A stretch of DNA of 64,000 bases from Bacteroidales bacterium UBA4772 (GTDB taxonomy: Bacteria > Bacteroidota > Bacteroidia > Bacteroidales > VadinHA17). A model generated the notes under the pieces. The model was not told the origin of the DNA and searched no databases. It was given only the letters and a program-made list of their open reading frames with translations. Shown here one piece after another: positions 46,882 to 55,763 of the stretch (positions are counted from its first letter, which is position 1; each line of letters starts with the position of its first letter). Position numbers and translations under genes: made by a program. The stretch lies in assembly GCA_002403305.1 (NCBI GenBank), contig DHHM01000016.1, positions 122,490 to 186,489 on the forward strand, in the 5' to 3' direction.

Positions 46882-49800
46882 ATGACAGAAAGCAAGGCAT
46901 ATACCACGTTAATAAACAAAGGTGGTATGCCTGTGCTTAATTTACGGACTGCTATTGCAATGATGGTCCTGCTGCTTGTGTCAGTGACGGTGCCCGTTAC
47001 CGCCCAGGAAGAGCCGCAGTATGATGAGTTTCCTGTTTACGTCAGGGTGCCTTACATAGGCATCTCAGAAATCGATGCCGTCATTAAGGGAGAGGAGGTC
47101 TGGCTGTCACTCTCCGGTCTCTTTGATTTTCTGAAGATAAAAAATGTGATCTCTGACGACCTTGAGAACGTCAGCGGTTTCTTTATCAAACCTGATGAGA
47201 CATACTCCGTCGACAGGGTCAGCAACAGCATCGTCTATGGGGGCAGGACCTTCCAGCTTGCAGAGGGAGACATCATACGGTCAGAGACAAACCTATATCT
47301 CCGGTCAGACCGATACGGTCAGGTATTCGGCCTTGACTGCAACTTCAGCTTCAGGGACCTTACAGTCACCGTCGATACAAAGCTTGAGCTGCCTGCCATA
47401 CGTGAGATGAGGCAGGAGGAGATGAGAAGGAACATCACCCGCCTCAGAGGGGAGGTCAGGGTTGACACTACCATCGGCAGAAGCTATCCCGGATTCAGGT
47501 TCGGCATGGCCGACTGGTCCGTTTATGCCAGTGAGCAGCCCGGCGGCAGGTCCGAGGGAAGGTTCAATCTGGCGCTTGGCTCTGTCATCGCAGGGGGCGA
47601 GGCAACCGCTTCACTGACATATTATACGGCTACGGAGTTCAGCGAAAAACAGCAGTACTACATGTGGCGGCACGTAAACAACGACCGCACATGGCTGCGG
47701 CAGATAATGGCAGGAAAGATAACCACCCAGGCCACCTCCTCAATCTACAATCCGGTAGTGGGGGTGCAGTTTACCAACAGGCCCACCACCTTCAGGCGTT
47801 CGTTCGGAACATACACCCTGACTGACCGCACTGATCCGGGCTGGACTGTGGAGCTTTATGTGAACAATGTTCTTGTCGACTATGTAAAGGCCGATGCCTC
47901 CGGATTCTTCACCTTTGAGGTGCCACTGGTCTACGGCAATACCATGGTCAAACTTAAATTCTACGGTCCCTGGGGTGAGGAGAGGACACGGGAACAGAAC
48001 ATCAGCATACCCTATAATTTCCTGCCACAGAAGGAACTCGAATATACTGTGAGTGCAGGGATGGTTGAAGATTCGGCATGGAGCCGTTTTTCCAGGACGA
48101 CAGTACGTTACGGAGCCACCAGGTTCCTGACCCTGGGAGGGGGATTTGAGTATCTCTCTTCCGTTACCGGCGGTCCCCTGATGCCGTTCGCTGATGCCTC
48201 CGTGAGGGTTACCAGCAACCTTCTGCTGTCGGGTGAATACACCCACGGGGTACGCGCCAGGGGGACACTGGCCTATCGGCTTCCTTCAAACATCCGCCTT
48301 GACCTTGCCTATACGCGTTATGACAGGAATCAGACAGCCATTTCATACAACTATCTGGAAGAAAGAAAAGCCTCATTGTCTCTTCCTCTGAAGATTAAGA
48401 AAAAGACACTCTATTCAAGGCTCTCCTGGTATCAGATCGTCTTTCCCGGTTCAAAATATGCCACGGCTGAATGGCTGATGGCTACCTCATTCTCGCGTGT
48501 CAGTGCCAATATGACCACCTACGGGGTCTTTTCGGAATTCTTTGATCCGAACATCTACAGCAACCTCAGCCTGGGATTCCGTCTCCCGGGAAATTTCGTC
48601 ATCATGCCGCAGCTTCAGTACAACTATACCGGGAAGGAATTCCTTTCAACCCGTGTAAGCATGGAGAAGCGGGTCTTCGAAAAGGGATACCTGAACGGAT
48701 CGTATGAGTACAATTTCCGGAATAAGATCCACATTGCGGAGCTGGGTATCAGGTACGACTTTTCATTTGCGCAGGCGGGCATCTCTGCCCGTCAGGCCAA
48801 TTCAAACACCACACTGGTACAGTATGCACGAGGCAGCCTGATAAATGACCGCCAGACCTCATACCTGAAGGCAGACAACCGTACCAATGTTGGCAGGGGC
48901 GGCATCTCCGTCATTGCGTTTCTTGACCTGAATGCCAACGGCAGGCGCGATGCCGGAGAACCGAAAGCAGCAGGCATCAACCTCCGGTCAAACAGCGGCA
49001 GGATAGAGCGAAGCGAGAAAGACACCGTTATTCACATTCTTGGAATGGAGCCATATGTCAGGCATTTTATTGAGGTGGACGAGGGTAACTTCGACAACAT
49101 ATCGTGGCGGATACCCAATAAGTCAATAGCGGTGGTTGTGGATGCCAATATGCTCAAGCTGATTGAGATACCTGTCAACGTCTCCGGTGAAGCCTCGGGC
49201 ACCGTGACTGTCGTGGAGGATAGCCGCATTGCCGGGCTGAGCCGCATAATCGTAAATTTCACCGACAGTAATGGTACCCTGAAGGCTAAAACCATAACGG
49301 AGGAGGACGGATATTTCAGCTACTTCGGCCTGGAGCCGGGAGCCTATACGGTGCGTGTTGACACAGGACAGCTGAGAAGGCTGGGAATGACCTCCGTACC
49401 CGATTCACTGCTCTTCAGTATAATGACCAACCTGGAGGGCGACTATATCGAAGGACTTGACTTTACGCTCAGGAAGAAGGCTCCTGTGGTTGATACGGTG
49501 GCAGTTCCCGAACCTGTTATGGTTGCCGACACTGTCGCCGTTCCTGCCACTAAACTGTTGCCTGGCACCGACAGTGTTCCCGCCGCAGTGGCTGACACGG
49601 CTGTTGCTCTTATACCGACGCCGGAGAGGGTGGTAACCACTGACACATCATTCCTGGTGATACACGAGGTAACCCGCGAGCTGGTGACGATAACCGAAGA
49701 CTACTATGCCGTTCAGTTCGGGGCCTTCCGCAACAGGCTCTATGCCGAGATCATGAAACAGAAGGTGGAGGGCGCCCTTGACAAGAACGTGGAGCTCTTT

Positions 49801-50652
49801 GAGGAGGATGGCTTCTGGAAGGTACGCATAACAGGCTTTGACGACCGCGAGGATCTTGAAAAGTATATTCCTGTAATACACGGACAGGGTATTACGGAAA
49901 TCTGGGTTATCAGCAACAAGGCGGTGAAGGGAGAATGGATTACCACAGGCAGGGAGGACTCTCTTGCCGTGGTGAGAGAGACTGTCACCGAAAAACCGGC
50001 CATTCCAATGGTCATCTCGGGTAATACCCTGCAGCTTGGCGCCTTTGAAACGGCTGAAGAGACGGAGCCAATAAGCAACAGGCTGCTTGCTGCGGCGGAG
50101 AAGCTGGTAACGGTAAGACAGGATGAGGGCCTCTGGAAGGTGCAGATCAGTGGTTTTGAAGATACTACTGATATTCGCGAATTCATACCTCTGCTGCAGG
50201 AGCGGGGCTTCACTGACATATTGGTGCTTCACCAGACGGAAGAGGGGTTGGTGCCGGTGGTCCCGGTCGTGATTCCTGAGGCGGCTGAGGCTCCGGCAGA
50301 GCCCGGCATGAAAGAGATACCGGTACCGCAGGTGTTACCCGAACCGGCAGAGGCAGCACCGGAACAGCCTGTTTTTGAGGAAGAGATCGTGCCTCCGCCG
50401 CCTACGGCACCCCTGCCGAGATTCCTGTTGCATGCAGGCAACTATCGTAAGCTGTCTGACGCCGAGAGAGCAAAGAAGAAGATTGAAAGAAGGCTGAACC
50501 TGCCGGTGGAGATAATAGAGGACTGGGACAGCTACAGGGTGGTGGTGACCGGCTTCTTCACCAGGGAGGAGACCTATCCTTACTACCCGGAGCTTGCAGG
50601 TCTTGGATTCTCCGATATCTTTGTCTACGAGAAACCTTTGATCGACAGATAA
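46882..50652 (+). CDS. Usher-like outer-membrane protein fused to an SdrD/Cna-B-like module and three C-terminal SPOR domains
   Basis: Signal peptide (alternative start at 46927). An N-terminal domain with V.V...G..EIDAVIKGEEVWLSLSGLFDFL resembles usher NTDs. Long Tyr/Gly/Arg-rich beta-strand segments follow. A plug-like segment GWTVELYVNNVLVDYVKADASGFFTFEVPLVYGNTMVKLKFYGPWGEERT resembles the usher middle domain. FLDLNANGRRDAGEP...EEDGYFSYFGLEPGAYTVRV is SdrD-B/CarboxypepD_reg-like. SPOR repeats complete the protein (see next feature). Confidence 0.6.
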   Translation: MTESKAYTTLINKGGMPVLNLRTAIAMMVLLLVSVTVPVTAQEEPQYDEFPVYVRVPYIGISEIDAVIKGEEVWLSLSGLFDFLKIKNVISDDLENVSGFFIKPDETYSVDRVSNSIVYGGRTFQLAEGDIIRSETNLYLRSDRYGQVFGLDCNFSFRDLTVTVDTKLELPAIREMRQEEMRRNITRLRGEVRVDTTIGRSYPGFRFGMADWSVYASEQPGGRSEGRFNLALGSVIAGGEATASLTYYTATEFSEKQQYYMWRHVNNDRTWLRQIMAGKITTQATSSIYNPVVGVQFTNRPTTFRRSFGTYTLTDRTDPGWTVELYVNNVLVDYVKADASGFFTFEVPLVYGNTMVKLKFYGPWGEERTREQNISIPYNFLPQKELEYTVSAGMVEDSAWSRFSRTTVRYGATRFLTLGGGFEYLSSVTGGPLMPFADASVRVTSNLLLSGEYTHGVRARGTLAYRLPSNIRLDLAYTRYDRNQTAISYNYLEERKASLSLPLKIKKKTLYSRLSWYQIVFPGSKYATAEWLMATSFSRVSANMTTYGVFSEFFDPNIYSNLSLGFRLPGNFVIMPQLQYNYTGKEFLSTRVSMEKRVFEKGYLNGSYEYNFRNKIHIAELGIRYDFSFAQAGISARQANSNTTLVQYARGSLINDRQTSYLKADNRTNVGRGGISVIAFLDLNANGRRDAGEPKAAGINLRSNSGRIERSEKDTVIHILGMEPYVRHFIEVDEGNFDNISWRIPNKSIAVVVDANMLKLIEIPVNVSGEASGTVTVVEDSRIAGLSRIIVNFTDSNGTLKAKTITEEDGYFSYFGLEPGAYTVRVDTGQLRRLGMTSVPDSLLFSIMTNLEGDYIEGLDFTLRKKAPVVDTVAVPEPVMVADTVAVPATKLLPGTDSVPAAVADTAVALIPTPERVVTTDTSFLVIHEVTRELVTITEDYYAVQFGAFRNRLYAEIMKQKVEGALDKNVELFEEDGFWKVRITGFDDREDLEKYIPVIHGQGITEIWVISNKAVKGEWITTGREDSLAVVRETVTEKPAIPMVISGNTLQLGAFETAEETEPISNRLLAAAEKLVTVRQDEGLWKVQISGFEDTTDIREFIPLLQERGFTDILVLHQTEEGLVPVVPVVIPEAAEAPAEPGMKEIPVPQVLPEPAEAAPEQPVFEEEIVPPPPTAPLPRFLLHAGNYRKLSDAERAKKKIERRLNLPVEIIEDWDSYRVVVTGFFTREETYPYYPELAGLGFSDIFVYEKPLIDR
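49702..50633 (+). repeat. Three SPOR (septal peptidoglycan-binding) domains separated by Pro/Ala/Glu/Val-rich linkers
   Basis: SPOR1 (~49702-49915): YYAVQFGAFRNRLYAE...DGFWKVRITGFDDREDLEKY. SPOR2 (~50023-50232): LQLGAFETAEE...EGLWKVQISGFEDTTDIREF. SPOR3 (~50419-50633): FLLHAGNYRKLSDAERAK...WDSYRVVVTGFFTREETYPY. All fit the Q.GAF....A......l.......y.V..G.f....eA pattern. Confidence 0.75.
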
Positions 50653-50667
50653 CAAACATCAGGAGAG

Positions 50668-51510
50668 ATGAAATATGCAGGTGCCCATGTAAGCGCAGCG
50701 GGAGGGGTTGAGAACGCCCCCCTGAATGCCCATGAGATAGGAGCGAAGGCCTTTGCCTTCTTTACCAGGAACCAGCGACAGTGGGTCGCACCCCCGCTGA
50801 CGCAGAAGAGCATCGAAGCCTTCCGCAATAACTGTGAGAAATATGATTTTAAGCCTCACCAGATACTGCCGCACGACAGCTACCTTATCAATCTCGGCAA
50901 TCCCGATCCGGAAGGCCTGGGCCGCTCACGGTATGCCTTCAACGATGAGATGAAGAGATGTGAACAGCTGGGCCTTGACAGGCTCAATTTCCATCCCGGA
51001 AGCCATCTTGGCAGGATGACGGAGGAGGAGTGCCTCAACCTGATAGCTGAGTCGGTCAACATAGCCCTTTCAAAAAGCAACGGCGTGATTGCGGTCATAG
51101 AGAACACTGCAGGACAGGGCACCAACCTCGGATACCGGTTTGAACATCTCCGGCATATTATTGACAGGGTGGAAGACAAGAGCAGGGTGGGGGTCTGCAT
51201 TGACACCTGCCATTCATTCACGGCAGGATATGATATCTCTGATGCCGAAGGATTCAAAAAGGTGTTTGATGAGTTTGACCGCATCGTGGGTTTTAAATAC
51301 CTGTGCGGCATGCACCTCAACGATTCAAAGAAGGCGTTTGGTACGCGCGTCGACCGTCACGACAGCCTTCACAGGGGAGAGCTGGGCGATGAGGTCTTCT
51401 CACTGATAATGAATGACCCGCGCTTCGACGGAATTCCGCTCATCCTGGAGACCCCCGACGAGTCGCTGTGGGCGGAGGAGATAAAGTTTCTCTACTCACT
51501 TCAGAAATAA
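50668..51510 (+). CDS. nfo: Deoxyribonuclease IV (endonuclease IV)
   Basis: [47 protein letters not shown] and ILETP motifs (TIM-barrel AP endonuclease 2 family). Confidence 0.9.
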   Translation: MKYAGAHVSAAGGVENAPLNAHEIGAKAFAFFTRNQRQWVAPPLTQKSIEAFRNNCEKYDFKPHQILPHDSYLINLGNPDPEGLGRSRYAFNDEMKRCEQLGLDRLNFHPGSHLGRMTEEECLNLIAESVNIALSKSNGVIAVIENTAGQGTNLGYRFEHLRHIIDRVEDKSRVGVCIDTCHSFTAGYDISDAEGFKKVFDEFDRIVGFKYLCGMHLNDSKKAFGTRVDRHDSLHRGELGDEVFSLIMNDPRFDGIPLILETPDESLWAEEIKFLYSLQK

Positions 51511-51648
51511 TAACACCGGGTCGGAAAAACACGTGGTTGTTGCTTTTCACCAGGTATGTCCCGGGTTTGAATAAGCCCCGGGCCTGACCATACGCCAGGT
51601 TACTGTTTATTGCCGGACATATGCTGATCGTAAAGAGGTGTAAGGCTG

Positions 51649-52053
51649 CTATTTATTTTTGACCTTTCCTCTTGAGATCTCGATGCCGGCCGGAAAAAGG
51701 ACATCGCCGGCCTCCTCGGCAGTGATGAATATCTCACTGAATTCAAAGGCGGTCAGCGAGCTCAGTGAAGTTGTCCTGGCGTTCTTTACGTCAAGCTGCC
51801 CCAGGTTTTTGACTTCACCGTCTGTTGTGACTACCCAGACCACATAGGTGGTTTTCCCGGGGGCAATCCTGCCCGCTTCCGCCAGGTTCCTGGCCGTGAC
51901 CGTCACCTCGTAATTGTCGTGCTTATCCTGCTTCACGGAGGCAGAGATATCTGCCGCAGGAGCGACGGCCGATACAGGGAAGCTCACCGATGATGAACAC
52001 GATGCTGACAGCATCATGATCACTGCAACTGAAACCAATTGAAAGAACTTCAT
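51649..52053 (-). CDS. Small lipoprotein, function unknown
   Basis: Lipobox MLSASCSS. 134 aa, beta-rich. No recognisable motif. Confidence 0.5.
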   Translation of the reverse strand: MKFFQLVSVAVIMMLSASCSSSVSFPVSAVAPAADISASVKQDKHDNYEVTVTARNLAEAGRIAPGKTTYVVWVVTTDGEVKNLGQLDVKNARTTSLSSLTAFEFSEIFITAEEAGDVLFPAGIEISRGKVKNK

Positions 52054-52135
52054 TTTTTAATTAATTAGATTGTTGATAAAAATATTCTTTACTGACAAAT
52101 CTGGTCGTGTTAAAAAACTTCCCGGGTTATCCAAG

Positions 52136-53212
52136 TTAGTATCTGACCTTAAGTGATATACTGCCAAGGCCCTTAAGATCTTCGGCATCAGCGAAGAAGA
52201 CCTTTCCCTTTTTGGAATAGATCTCCCATGCAATGAATGATGTAATATCATCAATTACTCCGGGAAGTGAGGCATCGTCAACAGGCACTATTTTGTCATA
52301 GGCTTTTACGATAACCGGGATGTAATAGTCGTGGCGGACTATCAGAGTGTCACCTTTTCCCGCTTTTGCAGCATTATATATCTCCTGCAGGTCAGTGTAA
52401 ACCTTTCCTGCAGCAGCAGCATCCTTCATATCCATAACAGCTTCCGCAACACGTTCCCCGTGAAGTTTACTGATGGTTTTCCAGGCCTGTGCGGCAATGA
52501 AATGGGTTGCAACATTGTTGTAGTTGATGTCGGCATAACCGTAATAAATGTCAGGCCTGTCGGCTACCTGAAGCAACCGGCTGTAATTGTCTTCAGTGCA
52601 GATAACCATACACTCCTGACCGGTCATGTTATGTTCCTTCACAACAGCCTTGTCTACCCTGTTAAGAAACTCCCTGACCATTTTGTCAACTGCTTCAGGG
52701 TCACTCAACTTCTTGCGGTCTGTATGGAACAATGGGCTTTCGCCGAAAGGAAAATAGCGATTTTGTACCTCACCGGTGATATGGTCATTGGAAGCCTGGA
52801 ATAGCTGAGTCCCACCCTGGGAGAGCAGCAGGACGAGATACTCCTCAACCCTTGCAACTGCATATATCAGAGGCCTGAGTGAAAAGTGTTCACTTATCTC
52901 AACCCTGTCTTTGTGAGCAGGCAATGAAGATTTTACAATCTCTCTGGTCTTGTTTGAGAGGAATATATGGAGGCTGTCAAGATTCAGGCTCATATCTGTC
53001 TCCTCGGGAACCAGGGCAAGTTTTTTCAGCAGCGCCATGACATCTCTTTTACCGAATTCTGCAATCACCCGTTTTTCAGCCTCCCGGCAAAGATTCTTCA
53101 GGATGATACGATCCTTCTGATAGTCGGGTTTGGTACGGTGAGTGTTCAACGAAATAGTGACACAGGGATTCCCTGTCTCGGCGGCTAGTTTTTCAATTAT
53201 CTCTCTCTTCAT
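52136..53212 (-). CDS. Cytoplasmic protein of unknown function, possibly bacterial eRF1-like (baeRF-type)
   Basis: ~358 aa from MKREIIEKL with no signal peptide. The N-terminal pattern PCVTISLNTHRTKPDYQKDRIILKNL..EAEK resembles what I recall of baeRF3-type proteins. This is a weak call from memory. Confidence 0.55.
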   Translation of the reverse strand: MKREIIEKLAAETGNPCVTISLNTHRTKPDYQKDRIILKNLCREAEKRVIAEFGKRDVMALLKKLALVPEETDMSLNLDSLHIFLSNKTREIVKSSLPAHKDRVEISEHFSLRPLIYAVARVEEYLVLLLSQGGTQLFQASNDHITGEVQNRYFPFGESPLFHTDRKKLSDPEAVDKMVREFLNRVDKAVVKEHNMTGQECMVICTEDNYSRLLQVADRPDIYYGYADINYNNVATHFIAAQAWKTISKLHGERVAEAVMDMKDAAAAGKVYTDLQEIYNAAKAGKGDTLIVRHDYYIPVIVKAYDKIVPVDDASLPGVIDDITSFIAWEIYSKKGKVFFADAEDLKGLGSISLKVRY

Positions 53213-53377
53213 GATTTTCTCTCCTCTTTGCATTTGTAATGACGTTTGACTGGACTGCTGCCGGGTGCCGTTTATTGATTTGGCATGTTTTAATTATCTT
53301 TGGCGTCGGTTCAGTTTTTCACTATTAAGATATGATAAAGATTTAAAACTGAAGGCACCGGTTCCGGAATAATTGAC

Positions 53378-54658
53378 ATGACGAACTATATCATATTAGT
53401 ACTCTGCATCATAGTGATACTCTCGTATCTGTTTGACATTACGAGCAAGTATTCTAAGATTCCGGGAGTTATCCTTCTGATCGGGCTCGGTATCCTGTTG
53501 CAGGTGATCACTGAATCTTCAGGGTTTGTCATCCCGAACATGCAGCCGGTGCTTCCCGTAATAGGCACCCTGGGGCTTATACTGATAGTCATGGATGCCA
53601 GCCTCGATCTCAAGCTTGAAAAAAAGAAGGCCAGGCTGCTGCAGAAATCGGTTCTCTCGGCCCTGACTCTTCTTATTCTTGTCACTGCTGCTTCGGCTTT
53701 TATACTGGTACAGCTCTTTGATTATTCAGGTACGGCTGCAGTACTGAATTCCATCCCTATGGGGATCATCAGCAGCGCCGTGGCCATACCCTCGGCAGGG
53801 AGCCTGAATGATCGGGAGAAGGAGTTCATAATCTACGAGAGTTCCTTCTCGGACATATTCGGGATCATGGCCTTTGACTTCATCCTCTTCAACCAGGGAG
53901 ACCTGTCTGGCGGGATACCCCATTACCTTTTACTGGCTTTGATCACGGTGGTGGTGGCTATTGCAGTCTCCTCAGGCCTGGCCATGCTGCTTCACAAGAT
54001 AAAATACCATATCAACTACATCATCATCATGACTGTGATGGTGTTGGTATATTCACTGGCAAAGATGTACCACCTGCCCGCCTTGCTGCTGGTCCTGGTC
54101 TTCGGGATTACCCTTTCCAACAGTGAGCTCGGGGAGCACACTCCTATCAACAAGTTTGTCGACTTTGACAAGTTCAGGAAAGATATTGACTCGTTCTCGA
54201 AGATCCTCGGAGAGTTTACATTCCTCGTGAGGTCTTTCTTCTTCATCATTTTTGGGTATTATACCTCTCTTGAAGGCATCTTTTACCCCATGAATCTCCT
54301 GATCGCTTTTTCTGTTACCGTGGGCATCCTGCTGATAAGATGGCTTTTCCTCTGGTTTGTGCTGAGGGAGAAGAGTCTCTCCCTGGTCCTCTTCGCCCCG
54401 CGCGGATTGATAACCATCCTTCTGTTTATCAGCATTCCAGCGGCCTATATCATCCCCGAGATCAACACTGAGGTTATCACCCTGGTTATACTGATGACCA
54501 TGCTGACGATGATGGTGGGCAATATCATCTCCCCAAAAACAAAGGAGGTGGTTGATTTGCCGGAGACGGAGCTGCCGGAGGTAATAATTTCTGAGGCTGA
54601 GGAGCAATATCAGGATGACGGGGAGCGTTCTGCCAATCAGGCAAAAACCGAATTATAA
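53378..54658 (+). CDS. Cation:proton antiporter (Na+/H+ exchanger family)
   Basis: 426 aa with ~11-12 TM helices, a GLGILL...ESS..D.FGI pattern, and an acidic cytoplasmic tail. Confidence 0.75.
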   Translation: MTNYIILVLCIIVILSYLFDITSKYSKIPGVILLIGLGILLQVITESSGFVIPNMQPVLPVIGTLGLILIVMDASLDLKLEKKKARLLQKSVLSALTLLILVTAASAFILVQLFDYSGTAAVLNSIPMGIISSAVAIPSAGSLNDREKEFIIYESSFSDIFGIMAFDFILFNQGDLSGGIPHYLLLALITVVVAIAVSSGLAMLLHKIKYHINYIIIMTVMVLVYSLAKMYHLPALLLVLVFGITLSNSELGEHTPINKFVDFDKFRKDIDSFSKILGEFTFLVRSFFFIIFGYYTSLEGIFYPMNLLIAFSVTVGILLIRWLFLWFVLREKSLSLVLFAPRGLITILLFISIPAAYIIPEINTEVITLVILMTMLTMMVGNIISPKTKEVVDLPETELPEVIISEAEEQYQDDGERSANQAKTEL

Positions 54659-55537
54659 CTCCAGCGGATTGTCGTGCTTGATGAATGTTTTACTTTCAAG
54701 TTCACTGAAGGCAAGGTTCAGTTCCTCCTGTGTGTTCATGACTATAGGGCCTCCCCAGGCGACGGGTTCCTGCAGCGGTCTGGCTGCGATAACGAAAAAT
54801 CGGGCTCCCTCCGGCCCAGCCTTTATCCTTACCTCATCAAAGTCAGAGCTGTCTGGGGAAGACGCAGTCATCAGCATCGCACATGCCTTTTCTTCAAAGC
54901 TTTCCAACGCTTCATCAGCGGCCAGTGTTCCATCTATGAGGTAGAGAAACATGGTCTGGTCGTTGGTGGTTTCCGCGTAGCTCCAGGTGCTTTCAGGATC
55001 CAGGGTGACATCGAGATACTGTACTTTGACATATTCACCCCTGACAGCGCCCGGGTTGTTTTTAAAATTGCCTGACAGCACTCTTATTGTCGCGTTTTCT
55101 TCACTGACCACTGCCACATCCTGCTGTCTGATATCACGGTAGGCAGGCTGGGTCATCTTATCTTTCCCGGGGAGGTTGACCCATAACTGACAACCCAGCA
55201 TTCTCTCTGAGGCCCGGGGCATCTCCTGGTGGATGATGCCTGATCCGGCGGTCATCCACTGGCATTGAAGATCCCCTATTACACCCTTGTTACCCAGGCT
55301 GTCTCCATGTTCAATGTCGCCCTTCAGCAGATAGGTGACTGTTTCTATGCCCCGGTGGGGATGCCAGGGAAACCCCTTGATGTAATCCTCGGGATCTTTA
55401 GAATCAAATCCGTCAAGCATCAGAAACGGATCAAAATCCCTGATAGTTCTATACCCCAGCACCCTGCGCAAATGAACTCCTGCCCCGTCAACAGCATGCT
55501 GACCCCTGACAACCTGTGTTAATTTCCTTGATGACAT
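54653..55537 (-). CDS. Pirin family protein
   Basis: Cupin metal motif FPWHPHRGIETVTYLLKG...H.DS.GN and the QLWVNLP motif. 294 aa (bicupin). Confidence 0.85.
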   Translation of the reverse strand: MSSRKLTQVVRGQHAVDGAGVHLRRVLGYRTIRDFDPFLMLDGFDSKDPEDYIKGFPWHPHRGIETVTYLLKGDIEHGDSLGNKGVIGDLQCQWMTAGSGIIHQEMPRASERMLGCQLWVNLPGKDKMTQPAYRDIRQQDVAVVSEENATIRVLSGNFKNNPGAVRGEYVKVQYLDVTLDPESTWSYAETTNDQTMFLYLIDGTLAADEALESFEEKACAMLMTASSPDSSDFDEVRIKAGPEGARFFVIAARPLQEPVAWGGPIVMNTQEELNLAFSELESKTFIKHDNPLEL

Positions 55538-55763
55538 ATCTCTTCGGGTATTGATGATGAGGCAATTTTACTTAAAAATCATGGAATGGCAATGCCAACC
55601 CTGTTGTTCCTGTACCAATCCGGCAGACACCTCCGTGTCCGTCCGCACCTGTCAAAAATGTCCCTCACCCGGAAAAAACAGTCGTTTACCGACGAAGATT
55701 AGTTTTTATGTGGCTCCTGATCTACTTTTACGGCGAACTTGAAAAACAACTAATCCTCGACTT

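Noticed and set aside
47740-50232. Minus-strand ORFs of 168, 194 and 159 aa inside the usher-SPOR gene
   Set aside because: These are antisense shadow ORFs with overlapping frames and no motifs. The sense frame carries recognisable barrel, plug-like and SPOR signatures.
51560-51582. Terminator after nfo (CCCGGG ... CCCGGG hairpin)
   Set aside because: It has only a 6-bp stem, an 11-nt loop and no U tract, which is too weak to list as a feature. It is mentioned only as the first hairpin-capable element downstream of the big operon.
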